DNA from: Arcobacteraceae bacterium
GTDB lineage: Bacteria; Campylobacterota; Campylobacteria; Campylobacterales; Arcobacteraceae
DNA: 64,000 bases
Direction of reading: 5' to 3'
NCBI GenBank assembly: GCA_963662945.1
Contig: OY759974.1
Location: forward strand, 2,176,001 to 2,240,000
The notes beneath the pieces are model-generated. The model worked only from the letters and a program-made list of their open reading frames with translations, had not been told where the DNA came from and ran no database searches. This document shows positions 20,486 to 30,049 of this stretch, one piece after another. The position numbers and the translations under genes are program-made. Position 1 is the first letter of the stretch. Every line of letters starts with the position of its first letter.

Positions 20486-20686
20486 ATGCAACATCATGTA
20501 GTAGTAGAAAAATTGTGCGGTTGTGCAAAAAGAAAGAATATGCCTCAGATTAAAACATTTGAAGATAAAGAAAGTGCTTTGAAAGTAGCACGAGCATGGG
20601 CTCAAGAGTTAAATAATACTTTTTGCGGAGAGCATGAATTTAATGTAGTTGAAGTAGATGACAACTATGTTATCTCTGTGAGTTAA
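20486..20686 (+). CDS. small hypothetical protein with CGC and CxxH motifs
   Basis: AAGGAG RBS; LCGCAKR...FCGEHEF. Confidence 0.8.
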   Translation: MQHHVVVEKLCGCAKRKNMPQIKTFEDKESALKVARAWAQELNNTFCGEHEFNVVEVDDNYVISVS

Positions 20687-20764
20687 GTTATTCTTTTGAA
20701 ATACAATTTAAACTAAATTTAAGTTTAAGTTATGTAAAGTTTCACAAATTAACAAGGAGAAAAC

Positions 20765-20854
20765 ATGAAAAATAGATTTACAACACAATCATACTTTATG
20801 CAAAGTGCAAGTACAAAAGAAACTTCACTACTCCTTCTTCTCAACACACTCTAA
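20765..20854 (+). CDS. putative leucine leader peptide (29 aa)
   Basis: AAGGAG RBS; MKNRFTTQSYFMQSASTKETSLLLLLNTL*; five consecutive CTN codons; 125 nt upstream of leuA. Confidence 0.8.
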   Translation: MKNRFTTQSYFMQSASTKETSLLLLLNTL

Positions 20855-20979
20855 TATTAAAATAGTAATTTTAATTTAAATCAAAACAAACAACATATAC
20901 GCAACATTAGTGTAAAACTTTACGGGCTATTGCCTTATAGTTCTACAAATTTTATTATAATAATTTTAAGGAAAAAACC

Positions 20980-22281
20980 ATGAGTTTTAAAAAATATAGA
21001 CAATATCCTATTGTCAAAAATATAGTTCGCCAATGGCCAAATAACAGTATAACAAAAGCACCGATTTATTGTTCTGTGGATTTAAGAGATGGAAATCAAG
21101 CGTTAGTAAACCCATTGAGCGTAGAGCAAAAAGTGGAGTATTTTAACTATTTAGTTAAGATGGGATTTAAACACATAGAGGTAAGTTATCCAAGTGCTAG
21201 TGATACAGATTTTGCATTTACAAGAAAGATTATAGAAGAGGACTTAGTTCCTGATGATGTATATATTCAAGTATTAATCCCTGCACGAAAAGAATTGATA
21301 CAAAGAAGTGTAGAAGCATTAAGAGGTGCAAAAAAAGCGATATTTCATTTGTATAATCCCACAAATGAGTTTCAAAGAAAAGTAGTATTTCAAAAAACTG
21401 ATGATGAAATAATTGCTATGGCAGTTGAAGGAATAAAAGAGTTGAAAAGATTAACTGCTGATTTTGAGGGAGAAGTGATGTATGAATATACACCTGAAAG
21501 TTTTTCTCAAACTGATTTAGAATTTGCAAGTCAAATTTGTAATGCAGTAATAGATGTAGTACAACCAACACAACAAAATAAGATGATAATAAACTTGCCA
21601 AATACGTTAGAAGCGTGTACGCCAAATATCTATGCAGATAGAATAGAATGGATGTGTGCAAACTTGAATAAAAGAGAAAATATCTTAGTAAGTGTTCATC
21701 CACACAACGATAGAGGAACAGCCGTAGCCAGTGCTGAGATGGCTATATTAGCGGGAGCAGATAGAGTTGAGGGGACATTGTTTGGAAATGGTGAGAGAGC
21801 AGGGAACTTAGACTTAGTAACTTTGGCATTTAATATCTATTCGCAAGGGATAGACCCACAAATAAGATTAGATTTTATAGATGAAGTCAAAGAGTTTATA
21901 GAAAAAACAACGCAGATAAAAACACATATACGACACCCTTATGTGGGAGATATGATATTTACAGCTTTTAGTGGTGGTCATCAAGATGCTATCAAAAAAG
22001 GGTTTGATTTTTATAATCAAAGTGACAAAAAATATTGGAATGTACCCTATTTACCAATAGACCCAAAAGATATAAAAAGAGACTATGATAAAGTTGTCAG
22101 GATTAACTCACAGTCAGGAAAAGGTGGAGTAGCATTTATAATAAGCGAATTTTTCGGCAAAGAGATGACAAAGGATGAAGCCATAAAATTTGGAAAAATT
22201 GTCAAAGAAGCATCCGATAATCAAGGGGTAGAGTTAAGTAAAGAGGAGATTATATCTTTGTATAAGGGTATGAAAAACTAA
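20980..22281 (+). CDS. leuA: 2-isopropylmalate synthase (DLRDGNQ type), short form without C-terminal regulatory domain
   Basis: VDLRDGNQAL, HPHNDRG, GNGERAGN, AFSGGHQDAI, INSQSGKGG; ends at 433 aa. Confidence 0.92.
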   Translation: MSFKKYRQYPIVKNIVRQWPNNSITKAPIYCSVDLRDGNQALVNPLSVEQKVEYFNYLVKMGFKHIEVSYPSASDTDFAFTRKIIEEDLVPDDVYIQVLIPARKELIQRSVEALRGAKKAIFHLYNPTNEFQRKVVFQKTDDEIIAMAVEGIKELKRLTADFEGEVMYEYTPESFSQTDLEFASQICNAVIDVVQPTQQNKMIINLPNTLEACTPNIYADRIEWMCANLNKRENILVSVHPHNDRGTAVASAEMAILAGADRVEGTLFGNGERAGNLDLVTLAFNIYSQGIDPQIRLDFIDEVKEFIEKTTQIKTHIRHPYVGDMIFTAFSGGHQDAIKKGFDFYNQSDKKYWNVPYLPIDPKDIKRDYDKVVRINSQSGKGGVAFIISEFFGKEMTKDEAIKFGKIVKEASDNQGVELSKEEIISLYKGMKN

Positions 22282-22345
22282 GCATTATATCTTTTATAAA
22301 AGATTAGATAAAATTTATAAAATATTATTTACAAAAAGGTGTAGT

Positions 22346-22627
22346 ATGGGTGTTTTTGTAATAGGACAGATAAAAATAAAAGATGAAAAAAAGTGGCTAG
22401 AATATAAAAGTAAAGTACAAAGTACACTTGAACCTTATGGTGCAAAGATTCTTATAAGAGGTTCTCATATAGACTCGTTTGTAGGAACACTTGAATATCC
22501 AGATGTGGTAATCATAGAGTTTGAAACAGAGCAAAAAGCACAAGAGTGGTACAACTCAGAGAGTTATCAAAGTATTGTACCTATAAGAGAAAAGGGTGCA
22601 GATATTATTTTGCATCTGTATCAATAG
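22346..22627 (+). CDS. DUF1330 family protein
   Basis: YGAKILIRG, VIIEF...AQEWYNSESYQ. Confidence 0.85.
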   Translation: MGVFVIGQIKIKDEKKWLEYKSKVQSTLEPYGAKILIRGSHIDSFVGTLEYPDVVIIEFETEQKAQEWYNSESYQSIVPIREKGADIILHLYQ

Positions 22628-22631
22628 ATAA

Positions 22632-22985
22632 ATGATTATGAATTTTAAAGAACTAGATAGCTATTTACTTTCAAAACAGGGTGCAACATTTGATTATCCT
22701 TTTGATGAGGTGGTGCGGGTGTATCGTGTGGGAAATAAGATGTTTGCACTTATGGTAGATGAAGAAAATCTCAGTATAAATCTAAAATGCGATCCTCTCT
22801 ATGCCCTCGAACTTCGCTCGATTTATGAGGGGATAAAAGCTGGATATCACATGAATAAAAAACATTGGAATACAGTAAGTGTCGGCGGCGATGTGGATGA
22901 TGAACTTCTAAAAGAACTTATAGACCATTCTTATGAGTTGGTTTATAACAAATTGCCAAAAAGAGAAAGGTTATTGATTGGATAA
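22632..22985 (+). CDS. MmcQ/YjbR family protein
   Basis: KMFAL, INLKCDP, GYHMNKKHWNTV. Confidence 0.9.
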   Translation: MIMNFKELDSYLLSKQGATFDYPFDEVVRVYRVGNKMFALMVDEENLSINLKCDPLYALELRSIYEGIKAGYHMNKKHWNTVSVGGDVDDELLKELIDHSYELVYNKLPKRERLLIG

Positions 22986-23058
22986 TTTTTAGTTAAAACT
23001 TTGCAAACCTGAACGAATTGTAATATAATAAGAAACCAACAATATGAAGGGGTCTATT

Positions 23059-23649
23059 ATGAAAAATGTTTTAATAATAAATGGTCACAAGTATTACAAA
23101 GGGATAGCTGAGGGAAAGCTAAATGGTGCATTTGTTCAAAAGGCAAAAGAGTTTTTTGAACAAAATGGTTTTGAGGTAAAACTTACAGAGATAGACAAAG
23201 GTTATGAGGTACAAGAGGAGCTTGAAAAGTTTTCTTGGGCTGATTATATTTTGTTTCAATACCCAACAAACTGGATGGGTGTACCTTGGATTACAAAAAA
23301 ATATATAGATGAGATATTTTCAGGTGGAGCTGGAACTGTTACCTATGCAAATGATGGAAGAAGTAGACATGACCCATCAAAGAGATATGGAACAGGTGGT
23401 TTAATGGGTGATAAAAAATATATGTTAAGTATCACATATAATTGTCCTGCTTGTGAATTTGATAACAAAGATGGTTTTTTTGAAGGATTAAGTGTTGATC
23501 AAGCTAATTATCTAGTACATAAAACATTTCAATTTTGTGGGATGCAACAGTTAGAAACATATTCTGTACACGATGTATTTAAAGGTGAGTTAAATATGGA
23601 AGAAGAATTAAAAAGATTTGAAGGAATACTTGCAAAAAATTTTTTATAA
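23059..23649 (+). CDS. mdaB: MdaB-like NAD(P)H:quinone oxidoreductase, copy 1
   Basis: WADYILFQYP.W, DGRSR...YGTGGL, KYMLSITYN. Confidence 0.85.
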   Translation: MKNVLIINGHKYYKGIAEGKLNGAFVQKAKEFFEQNGFEVKLTEIDKGYEVQEELEKFSWADYILFQYPTNWMGVPWITKKYIDEIFSGGAGTVTYANDGRSRHDPSKRYGTGGLMGDKKYMLSITYNCPACEFDNKDGFFEGLSVDQANYLVHKTFQFCGMQQLETYSVHDVFKGELNMEEELKRFEGILAKNFL

Positions 23650-23685
23650 AATTTTTTACAATTTAAGTTAAGTGACTAAACTATT

Positions 23686-24057
23686 TTATGAACATAAAGT
23701 AGTTTTACATTTATTTTCATCTGTTATTTTTCCATGTGTAGATGTGTATGAAATTCCCCACTTATACATAGCTTCTAAAACAGGTTTAAGTTCTTTGCCA
23801 ATAGTTGTGAGAGAGTAAACAACTTTTGGAGGAACTTCTGGAAATACTTCTCTATTGATAATATTTTTTTCTTCTAACTCTTTGAGTTTTACTGTGAGCG
23901 TTTTTTGAGTAATTTCACTTATATCTTCGTGAAGCTCTTTAAATCTTTTATTGCCATCTAATAAATGCCAAATAATTGCTAACTTCCACCTATCATTAAA
24001 AACATCTAAAGTAACTGCAACCGAACATCTATACTCTTTATCATTAATATAATACAT
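23686..24057 (-). CDS. HxlR-family winged-helix regulator
   Basis: CSV..TL..F.DRWK, EVPPKVVYSLT. Confidence 0.9.
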   Translation of the reverse strand: MYYINDKEYRCSVAVTLDVFNDRWKLAIIWHLLDGNKRFKELHEDISEITQKTLTVKLKELEEKNIINREVFPEVPPKVVYSLTTIGKELKPVLEAMYKWGISYTSTHGKITDENKCKTTLCS

Positions 24058-24106
24058 AACTAAATCCTTATAATTGTTATTATAGCATAAAGAGAATAAA
24101 TCTTCA

Positions 24107-24128
24107 TTACTTACCTAAAGTAAAGTAA
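24107..24128. promoter_or_regulatory. putative HxlR operator
   Basis: TTACTTAC-CTAAA-GTAAAGTAA imperfect inverted repeat between divergent hxlR and mdaB. Confidence 0.5.
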
Positions 24129-24178
24129 GAGTAATTTAAGTTAATAATAAATATAATTTCACAAATAAGGAGTTTACA

Positions 24179-24769
24179 ATGAAAAAAGTTTTAATAATAA
24201 ATGCACATCAATATTATGAAAATATTGCAGAAGGAAAACTAACTCAACACTATATTGATAAAGCAAATGAATTTTGTACAGCAAATGGTTTTGAAGTAAA
24301 AAATACAGCTATAGATAAAGGCTATGATGTACAAGATGAGGTTGAAAAATTTGCTTGGGCGGATTATATTTTATTTCAATATCCTGTGTATTGGATGACT
24401 GTACCTTGGATCTCTAAAAAATATATTGATGAGGTATTTTCAACAGGTGTTGGAACTGTAACATACCAAAGTGATGGAAGAAGTAGAGATGATGCTTCTA
24501 AAAAGTATGGAAGTGGCGGTCTAATGACTGAAAAAAAATATATGTTAAGCCTTACATACAACTGTCCTACAAGTGAATTTAACAATAAAGATGGTTTTTT
24601 TGAAGGATTGAGTGTAGATGAAGCAAACTTTGCAGTGCATAAAACATTTCAATTTTGTGGTGCAAAACAGTTAGAAACTTACTCTGTACACGATATATTT
24701 AAAGGTGATTTAGATTTAGATAAAGAGTTAGAAAAATTTGAAAATATATTAAAAAAGAATTTTGTATAA
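24179..24769 (+). CDS. mdaB: MdaB-like NAD(P)H:quinone oxidoreductase, copy 2
   Basis: Same motifs; close paralog of 23059-23649. Confidence 0.85.
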   Translation: MKKVLIINAHQYYENIAEGKLTQHYIDKANEFCTANGFEVKNTAIDKGYDVQDEVEKFAWADYILFQYPVYWMTVPWISKKYIDEVFSTGVGTVTYQSDGRSRDDASKKYGSGGLMTEKKYMLSLTYNCPTSEFNNKDGFFEGLSVDEANFAVHKTFQFCGAKQLETYSVHDIFKGDLDLDKELEKFENILKKNFV

Positions 24770-24770
24770 A

Positions 24771-24788
24771 TAGCAATTTTTAGATTGT
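24771..24788 (+). promoter_or_regulatory. Ada-like box 1
   Basis: TAGCAATTTTTAGATTGT; -10 TATCAT at 24808. Confidence 0.75.
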
Positions 24789-24839
24789 TTTTCATTCAAA
24801 ATATCGATATCATTTCACGATTTAATAAAAAGGAAACAA

Positions 24840-25730
24840 ATGGAAAAAAGTGAAACCTCATATAAGTATTTTATAGGGATGACTATAGCTATGATACTAT
24901 GGGGTATCGCTTGGACTTCTGGAAAAGTGGCAGCTGAACATGCAAATGCACCAGTTGCAGCTTTTTGGCGTTATGCTATCTCTCTTATTACTATTATCCC
25001 TGTAATACTCTATTTGAAAGTATCATTGAAAACAAATAGAAGAGGTTACTTTTATATGGTTTTAGGGGGATTGTTTACTGCACTTTTTAATTATCTCTTT
25101 TTTAAAGGATTATCTCATGGAGCAGCTGGATATGGAGGTACTTTAGTAACGGCCATTGCTCCCATTATGACCTATTTTTTATCTGTACTTTTTTTTAAAA
25201 CTCCTATAACATCTCGACAAGTTTTTGCTTTATTTATAGGAATTATTGGAGCGATTGTTTTACTTCGTATACCATTTGATGGTTTGAGTTTTTTAAATGT
25301 AGATAGTTTATACTTTTTTGAGTGTGCAATTGTTTGGGCAATAGTGACCATCATTTCTCAAAAGGCTTCTTCATATGTTTCTCCACTTTTTTATACAATG
25401 GTTGTTTTTGCAATTGCAAGTATTATTAATATGTTATTTTCTTTTCCATATCACCCGTTTGCATTTTCTAGTTATGATTGGCTTTTTTGGTCAAATATTA
25501 TTTTTGTAGGGATATTACCAGGTACTTTTGCCACAACATTGTTTTTTCTTTCAGCTGGAAAAATTGGGGCTCATAGAACTGCTGTATTTATGTTTATTGT
25601 TCCTGTTGGTGCTATAGTTTCTAGCTTCATAGTATACAATGAAGTTATTGTACTTTCAACTATCATTGGATGTTTATTTGCTTTTGTGGCAGTAGTGTTG
25701 TTTAATATGAAAAAGAAGGTTGTTTTATAA
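24840..25730 (+). CDS. EamA/DMT family transporter
   Basis: About 10 hydrophobic segments, ILWG, two-repeat EamA pattern. Confidence 0.88.
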   Translation: MEKSETSYKYFIGMTIAMILWGIAWTSGKVAAEHANAPVAAFWRYAISLITIIPVILYLKVSLKTNRRGYFYMVLGGLFTALFNYLFFKGLSHGAAGYGGTLVTAIAPIMTYFLSVLFFKTPITSRQVFALFIGIIGAIVLLRIPFDGLSFLNVDSLYFFECAIVWAIVTIISQKASSYVSPLFYTMVVFAIASIINMLFSFPYHPFAFSSYDWLFWSNIIFVGILPGTFATTLFFLSAGKIGAHRTAVFMFIVPVGAIVSSFIVYNEVIVLSTIIGCLFAFVAVVLFNMKKKVVL

Positions 25731-25732
25731 AT

Positions 25733-25750
25733 TAGCAATTTTTGGATTGT
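25733..25750 (+). promoter_or_regulatory. Ada-like box 2
   Basis: TAGCAATTTTTGGATTGT; -10 TAAACT at 25770. Confidence 0.75.
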
Positions 25751-25800
25751 ATTAAAATTTTAATTTTGTTAAACTTTTAAAAAATATTTGGAGTTCGTTA

Positions 25801-26637
25801 ATGAATAGTAGTTTAAAAACTTTAAATAACAACTACAAACAGATTGAAAAAGCTATTAAATATATAGATGAAAACTTTAAAGAACAACCTTCCATAGATG
25901 AGATAGCTCAAAATATTGGTATGAGTAAATACCATTTCATACGAGTGTTTAAAGAATATGTAGGTGTGACACCAAAACAGTTTTTACACTCTTTAACACT
26001 TAACTATGCAAAAGAACATATCAAAGAATCAAAATCTATCCTTGATAGTAGTTTGGATATTGGACTTTCAAGCACAAGCCGACTCCATGAACTTTTTGTA
26101 AACTTAATAGGGGTGACTCCAAAAGAGTATAGAGAAAAAGGGAAAAATGTAACTATAACTTATGGATATGGAGATACTCCTTTTGGAGAAGCACTACTTG
26201 CTTTTACATCTAAAGGTATCTGTTATCTTGGATTTATAGATAAAAATAAAGAGGAAAATTTTGATAGATTTTATGAAATTTGGGGCAATGCAAATCTCAT
26301 ACATGACAATGAAAAAGCAAAAGAGTATATAGAAAATATTTTTATTAAGAATAAAAAATATAATCTTTTAGTCAAAGGGACAAATTTTCAAGTGAATGTT
26401 TGGAAAGCTCTTTTAAATCTTCCAAATGGTGTAGTTACTACCTATCAAGATATGGCTAATTTTATTGAGAAACCAAAAGCAGTACGAGCAGTAGCAAGTG
26501 CTATAGGAAAAAATCACATAGGATATCTTATCCCTTGTCATAGAGTTATTGCAAAAAGTGGTGCAATGAGTGGATATAGATGGGGTGTGATGCGCAAAAA
26601 AATATTAATTGCCTATGAAGCTATCAATCAAAAGTAA
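25801..26637 (+). CDS. ada: AraC-HTH/O6-methylguanine methyltransferase fusion (Ada-like, no N-terminal Zn domain)
   Basis: AraC HTH, SRLHELF, GTNFQVNVW, AVRAVASAI, active site IPCHRV. Confidence 0.9.
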   Translation: MNSSLKTLNNNYKQIEKAIKYIDENFKEQPSIDEIAQNIGMSKYHFIRVFKEYVGVTPKQFLHSLTLNYAKEHIKESKSILDSSLDIGLSSTSRLHELFVNLIGVTPKEYREKGKNVTITYGYGDTPFGEALLAFTSKGICYLGFIDKNKEENFDRFYEIWGNANLIHDNEKAKEYIENIFIKNKKYNLLVKGTNFQVNVWKALLNLPNGVVTTYQDMANFIEKPKAVRAVASAIGKNHIGYLIPCHRVIAKSGAMSGYRWGVMRKKILIAYEAINQK

Positions 26638-26654
26638 TATATTGTGAGGGTATA

Positions 26655-28049
26655 TTAATTAATTGATTTGGAGATATCTTTTATTGCATTGAAAAATACT
26701 TCTGAAAAAGCTTTTACAGCAATAGGAATCTCTTCTTCTAGAAATCCTCCAAATCCCATGCATATAGCTTGAATTGTCGCAGTAGAATCATAGTGTATAT
26801 AATAAAGTTTTATTTTTTTATCTTCTGCTTCTTTATTGAGTTTGTCCCAATCTAATATTACAGTAGGTACAATTACTATAGATAAACCACTCCCTTCTCT
26901 TAATATGGAGATATATTTATCTAAATACAATAATAAATTTTTTTTCATAATATCGTGTTTTTTTCTATTGAGCGTACGAGTTTTACGAATATGTTTTTCC
27001 CAATAACCTTCTTTTATAAAAAGTTCAAGTGTTTTTTGTGTATCAATTGGTACCCCTGAGAAAGGAAAAGTAAATAGATCTTGATATTTTTTTAATAAGG
27101 TTGTAGGTAACACAAGATAACTTATTCTCAGAGCTGGAGAAAGAGATTTTGATAGTGTACCTGTATAGATGACACAATTGTTATGGTTAATACCTTGCAG
27201 TGCTGGTATTGGACGATTGTTATAGCTTAATTCACTGTCATAATCATCTTCTATTATATAAGCATTATTTTGTGTAGCCCATTGTATAAGCTTAAAACGG
27301 TTTGCAATAGGGATCGTAACACCTGTTGGATACTGATGTGATGGGGTTACATATAAGAGTTTCGATTGACTTTTTTCTATATCTTTTAAACTAATTCCAC
27401 TTGAATTTATAGGAATATCTTCAATAGAATAATCAAATTGCTTGAATACCTGTTTCACAACATTATATCCTGGAAATTCAATTGCTAGTTTTGAAGTAAA
27501 AGATTTCAATAAAGAAGCAATAATAAACATAGAGTCTGCAAATCCACTACACACTATAATTTGTTCAGGAGTAGATTGTACTCCTCTGCTACTACTGAGG
27601 TATTTAGATATTTGTATTCTAAGTGAAAGTTCCCCTTGTTTATTTGGATATTCTCCAAAATCAATTGTATCATTCATAACTTTATTATGTAATCGTGTCC
27701 ATAATTTATTTGGAAAATTATTATTGTGGAGTTGAGCTGGAAAGAAGTTATATAAAAAATTAGATGTTTCTGGTGGAGAAGATTGTTTTTTAGATTTATT
27801 AAAAGGTAGATAATGTTCAATTTCATCACTTACAAAATAGCCACTTTGTGGACGACTTTCAATATAACCTTCAGCAAATAATTGACTATAAGCAGACTCT
27901 ACAGTGTTTTTACTTATTTGATAATCTTGAGCCATTTTTCGTATAGAGGGAAGTTTACTCCCTGCTGATAATTCTTTTTCTATTTTTTCTTTTATTTGAT
28001 TATAAAGTTGAATATATAAAGGTGTAGAAGAATTTATTAGTTTATAGAT
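26655..28049 (-). CDS. MocR/GabR-family PLP-dependent regulator
   Basis: GntR HTH (TPLYIQLY...KLPSIRKMA) continues in frame upstream of the track start to ATC 28049; VTPSHQYPTG, IIEDDYD, TLSKSL. Confidence 0.85.
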   Translation of the reverse strand: MYKLINSSTPLYIQLYNQIKEKIEKELSAGSKLPSIRKMAQDYQISKNTVESAYSQLFAEGYIESRPQSGYFVSDEIEHYLPFNKSKKQSSPPETSNFLYNFFPAQLHNNNFPNKLWTRLHNKVMNDTIDFGEYPNKQGELSLRIQISKYLSSSRGVQSTPEQIIVCSGFADSMFIIASLLKSFTSKLAIEFPGYNVVKQVFKQFDYSIEDIPINSSGISLKDIEKSQSKLLYVTPSHQYPTGVTIPIANRFKLIQWATQNNAYIIEDDYDSELSYNNRPIPALQGINHNNCVIYTGTLSKSLSPALRISYLVLPTTLLKKYQDLFTFPFSGVPIDTQKTLELFIKEGYWEKHIRKTRTLNRKKHDIMKKNLLLYLDKYISILREGSGLSIVIVPTVILDWDKLNKEAEDKKIKLYYIHYDSTATIQAICMGFGGFLEEEIPIAVKAFSEVFFNAIKDISKSIN

Positions 28050-28098
28050 AACTGTCCTTTTTTTTTATATAAATCTGTACCTTGTAAAAGATACAGTT
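28050..28098. promoter_or_regulatory. putative MocR-family operator (two direct repeats plus one inverted)
   Basis: CTGTCC 28052, CTGTAC 28075, ATACAG 28091. Confidence 0.55.
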
Positions 28099-28152
28099 AA
28101 TTGTTATTATAACACCAGAAAACTTAAATAAGTAGAGTTTATGGAGGATTAT

Positions 28153-28854
28153 ATGAAAACAAAAATAGCAAGAGTTTTATTTATAAAAGTTGGAAAAGTT
28201 ACAACAACAATTTTAGAAAACAGTAAAAGAAAAGAGTTAACTTCTGGAATCAAAAAATATCCAGTACAAAATGCTTTTCTAACAAAAACAGGATTTCTTG
28301 ATGATGAACAAGGTGATTTAGAACATCACGGAGGAGAAAATAAAGCACTTTTTATGTTTTCTCAAAAAACTTATGAAGAGATAAATAAAGAGTGTAAAAT
28401 GGATTTAAATATTGATGAAGTGTCTCATTTTGGAGAAAATATTATTTTTTCAAATGTTTCAGAAGTTGATATATGCGTTGGGGATATTTATCAATTAGGA
28501 GAGGTAAAAATACAGATTACACAACCAAGACAACCATGTTGGAAATTAAGTGCCAATACAAATAAAAAAGAGATGACAAAATTTATTTTTCAAAGTGGTT
28601 TAACTGGTTGGTATGCAAAAGTTTTAATAGAAGGTGTAGTTTGTGTAAATGATGAGCTTATTTTAGAAAAGAGAAAATATCCCAACTTAAGTATTAAAAA
28701 ACTTAATCAACTTATTGTAAATCCATTATTAGATGAAAAAATAACCAACGAAGCACTAAATTGTAAAGTATTAGGAAAGCCTTTTTGGGAGTCATTGTCA
28801 AAAAGATATAAATTTAAAGATGAAGATGAACAGTTTTCATTTTATCATACTTAA
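28153..28854 (+). CDS. MOSC domain protein (YiiM-like)
   Basis: HHGGENKA, FGENI, TQPRQPCWKL, GLTGWY. Confidence 0.9.
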   Translation: MKTKIARVLFIKVGKVTTTILENSKRKELTSGIKKYPVQNAFLTKTGFLDDEQGDLEHHGGENKALFMFSQKTYEEINKECKMDLNIDEVSHFGENIIFSNVSEVDICVGDIYQLGEVKIQITQPRQPCWKLSANTNKKEMTKFIFQSGLTGWYAKVLIEGVVCVNDELILEKRKYPNLSIKKLNQLIVNPLLDEKITNEALNCKVLGKPFWESLSKRYKFKDEDEQFSFYHT

Positions 28855-28864
28855 AAGGGAAGAG

Positions 28865-30049
28865 ATGAACGAAAACAATTATTTATTGCCATTATATAAT
28901 AGATTAGATGTCTCATTTGTAAAAGGTAAGAATTCTATTTTATATGATGAACAAGGGAGAGATTATGTTGATTTTTCTTCTGGAATTGGTGTGAATAGTT
29001 TGGGTTATTGTGATAAAAAAGTTGTTAAAACGATAACTAAGCAAGCCAATAAAATTTTACACACATCAAATATTTACCATATAAAGTCACAAGAAAAATG
29101 TGCGAAAAAAATAGTTACATTAAGCACCTATGATATGCAGTGTTATTTTTGTAATAGTGGTGCAGAAGCAAATGAAAGTGCCATTAAACTAGCTCGAAAA
29201 TATGGAAATACAGCTTTTTGTAAAACAAAGTATAAAATTATAACCATTAAAAACTCGTTTCATGGAAGAACAATAGCAACTTTAAAAGCAACAGCACAAG
29301 AGGAAAAACATAAATATTTTGGACCTTATCCTGATGGATTTGTTTATGCTGATAATATAAATGGGGCGATAAATTTAATAGATGATGACACTGTTGCAGT
29401 TATGCTTGAACTGATTCAAGGAGAAGGTGGTATCTTTATGCAAGATAAAGAGCAAGTAAAAAAGTTAAGTGAGGTATTGAAAAAAAAGAAATTATTATTG
29501 ATAATAGATGAAGTTCAAACAGGTGTTTATAGAAGTGGAGAATTTCTAATGTCACATCATTATGAGATTAGACCAAATATTATAACTTTAGCAAAAGGCT
29601 TAGCAACAGGAGTTCCAATAGGGCTGATGATGACAGATGTAAGAAATGTTTTAAAGCAAGGTGATCATGGTTCAACTTTTGGAGGAAATCACTTTGCGAC
29701 AACTGTGTCAATTAAGGTTTTAAATATTTTAGAAAAGTATCAAAATAGTGGAAAACTTGAATCAAACATTAAATACTTTAATGATTATTTAGACTACTTT
29801 ATAGAAAGATATCCATCTTTGTTTTTATCAAAAAATGGCTTTGGTTTTATGCTTGGACTCAAACTTAAAGATGAAACAAAGCTCAATGAGATTGTAAAGT
29901 TATCTTTAAAGCAGGGTGTTTTAGTACTAAAATCAGGAAAGGATATAGTGCGATTTTTACCACCATTGAATATATCAAAAAAAGAGATAAAAATAGGATT
30001 TAAAAGATTTGAAAAGGTTGTAATAAAATTGAAAGGAAAAAATATATGA
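28865..30049 (+). CDS. argD: acetylornithine aminotransferase (class III PLP)
   Basis: NSGAEANE, FHGRT, DEVQTG, TLAKGL, HGSTFGGN. Confidence 0.85.
   Translation: MNENNYLLPLYNRLDVSFVKGKNSILYDEQGRDYVDFSSGIGVNSLGYCDKKVVKTITKQANKILHTSNIYHIKSQEKCAKKIVTLSTYDMQCYFCNSGAEANESAIKLARKYGNTAFCKTKYKIITIKNSFHGRTIATLKATAQEEKHKYFGPYPDGFVYADNINGAINLIDDDTVAVMLELIQGEGGIFMQDKEQVKKLSEVLKKKKLLLIIDEVQTGVYRSGEFLMSHHYEIRPNIITLAKGLATGVPIGLMMTDVRNVLKQGDHGSTFGGNHFATTVSIKVLNILEKYQNSGKLESNIKYFNDYLDYFIERYPSLFLSKNGFGFMLGLKLKDETKLNEIVKLSLKQGVLVLKSGKDIVRFLPPLNISKKEIKIGFKRFEKVVIKLKGKNI

Noticed and set aside
20980-22281. Short LeuA as NifV homocitrate synthase
   Set aside because: DLRDGNQAL/SQSGKGG motifs and the Leu leader indicate isopropylmalate synthase
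3071-24145. Recurrent TTTAAGTT(T)AA elements in intergenic regions
   Set aside because: Consistent with the generic AT-periodic signal of Campylobacterota sigma70 promoters
28058-28066. Poly-T tract as a phase-variation site
   Set aside because: T/A runs are common at this composition, and no poly-G/C tracts were seen
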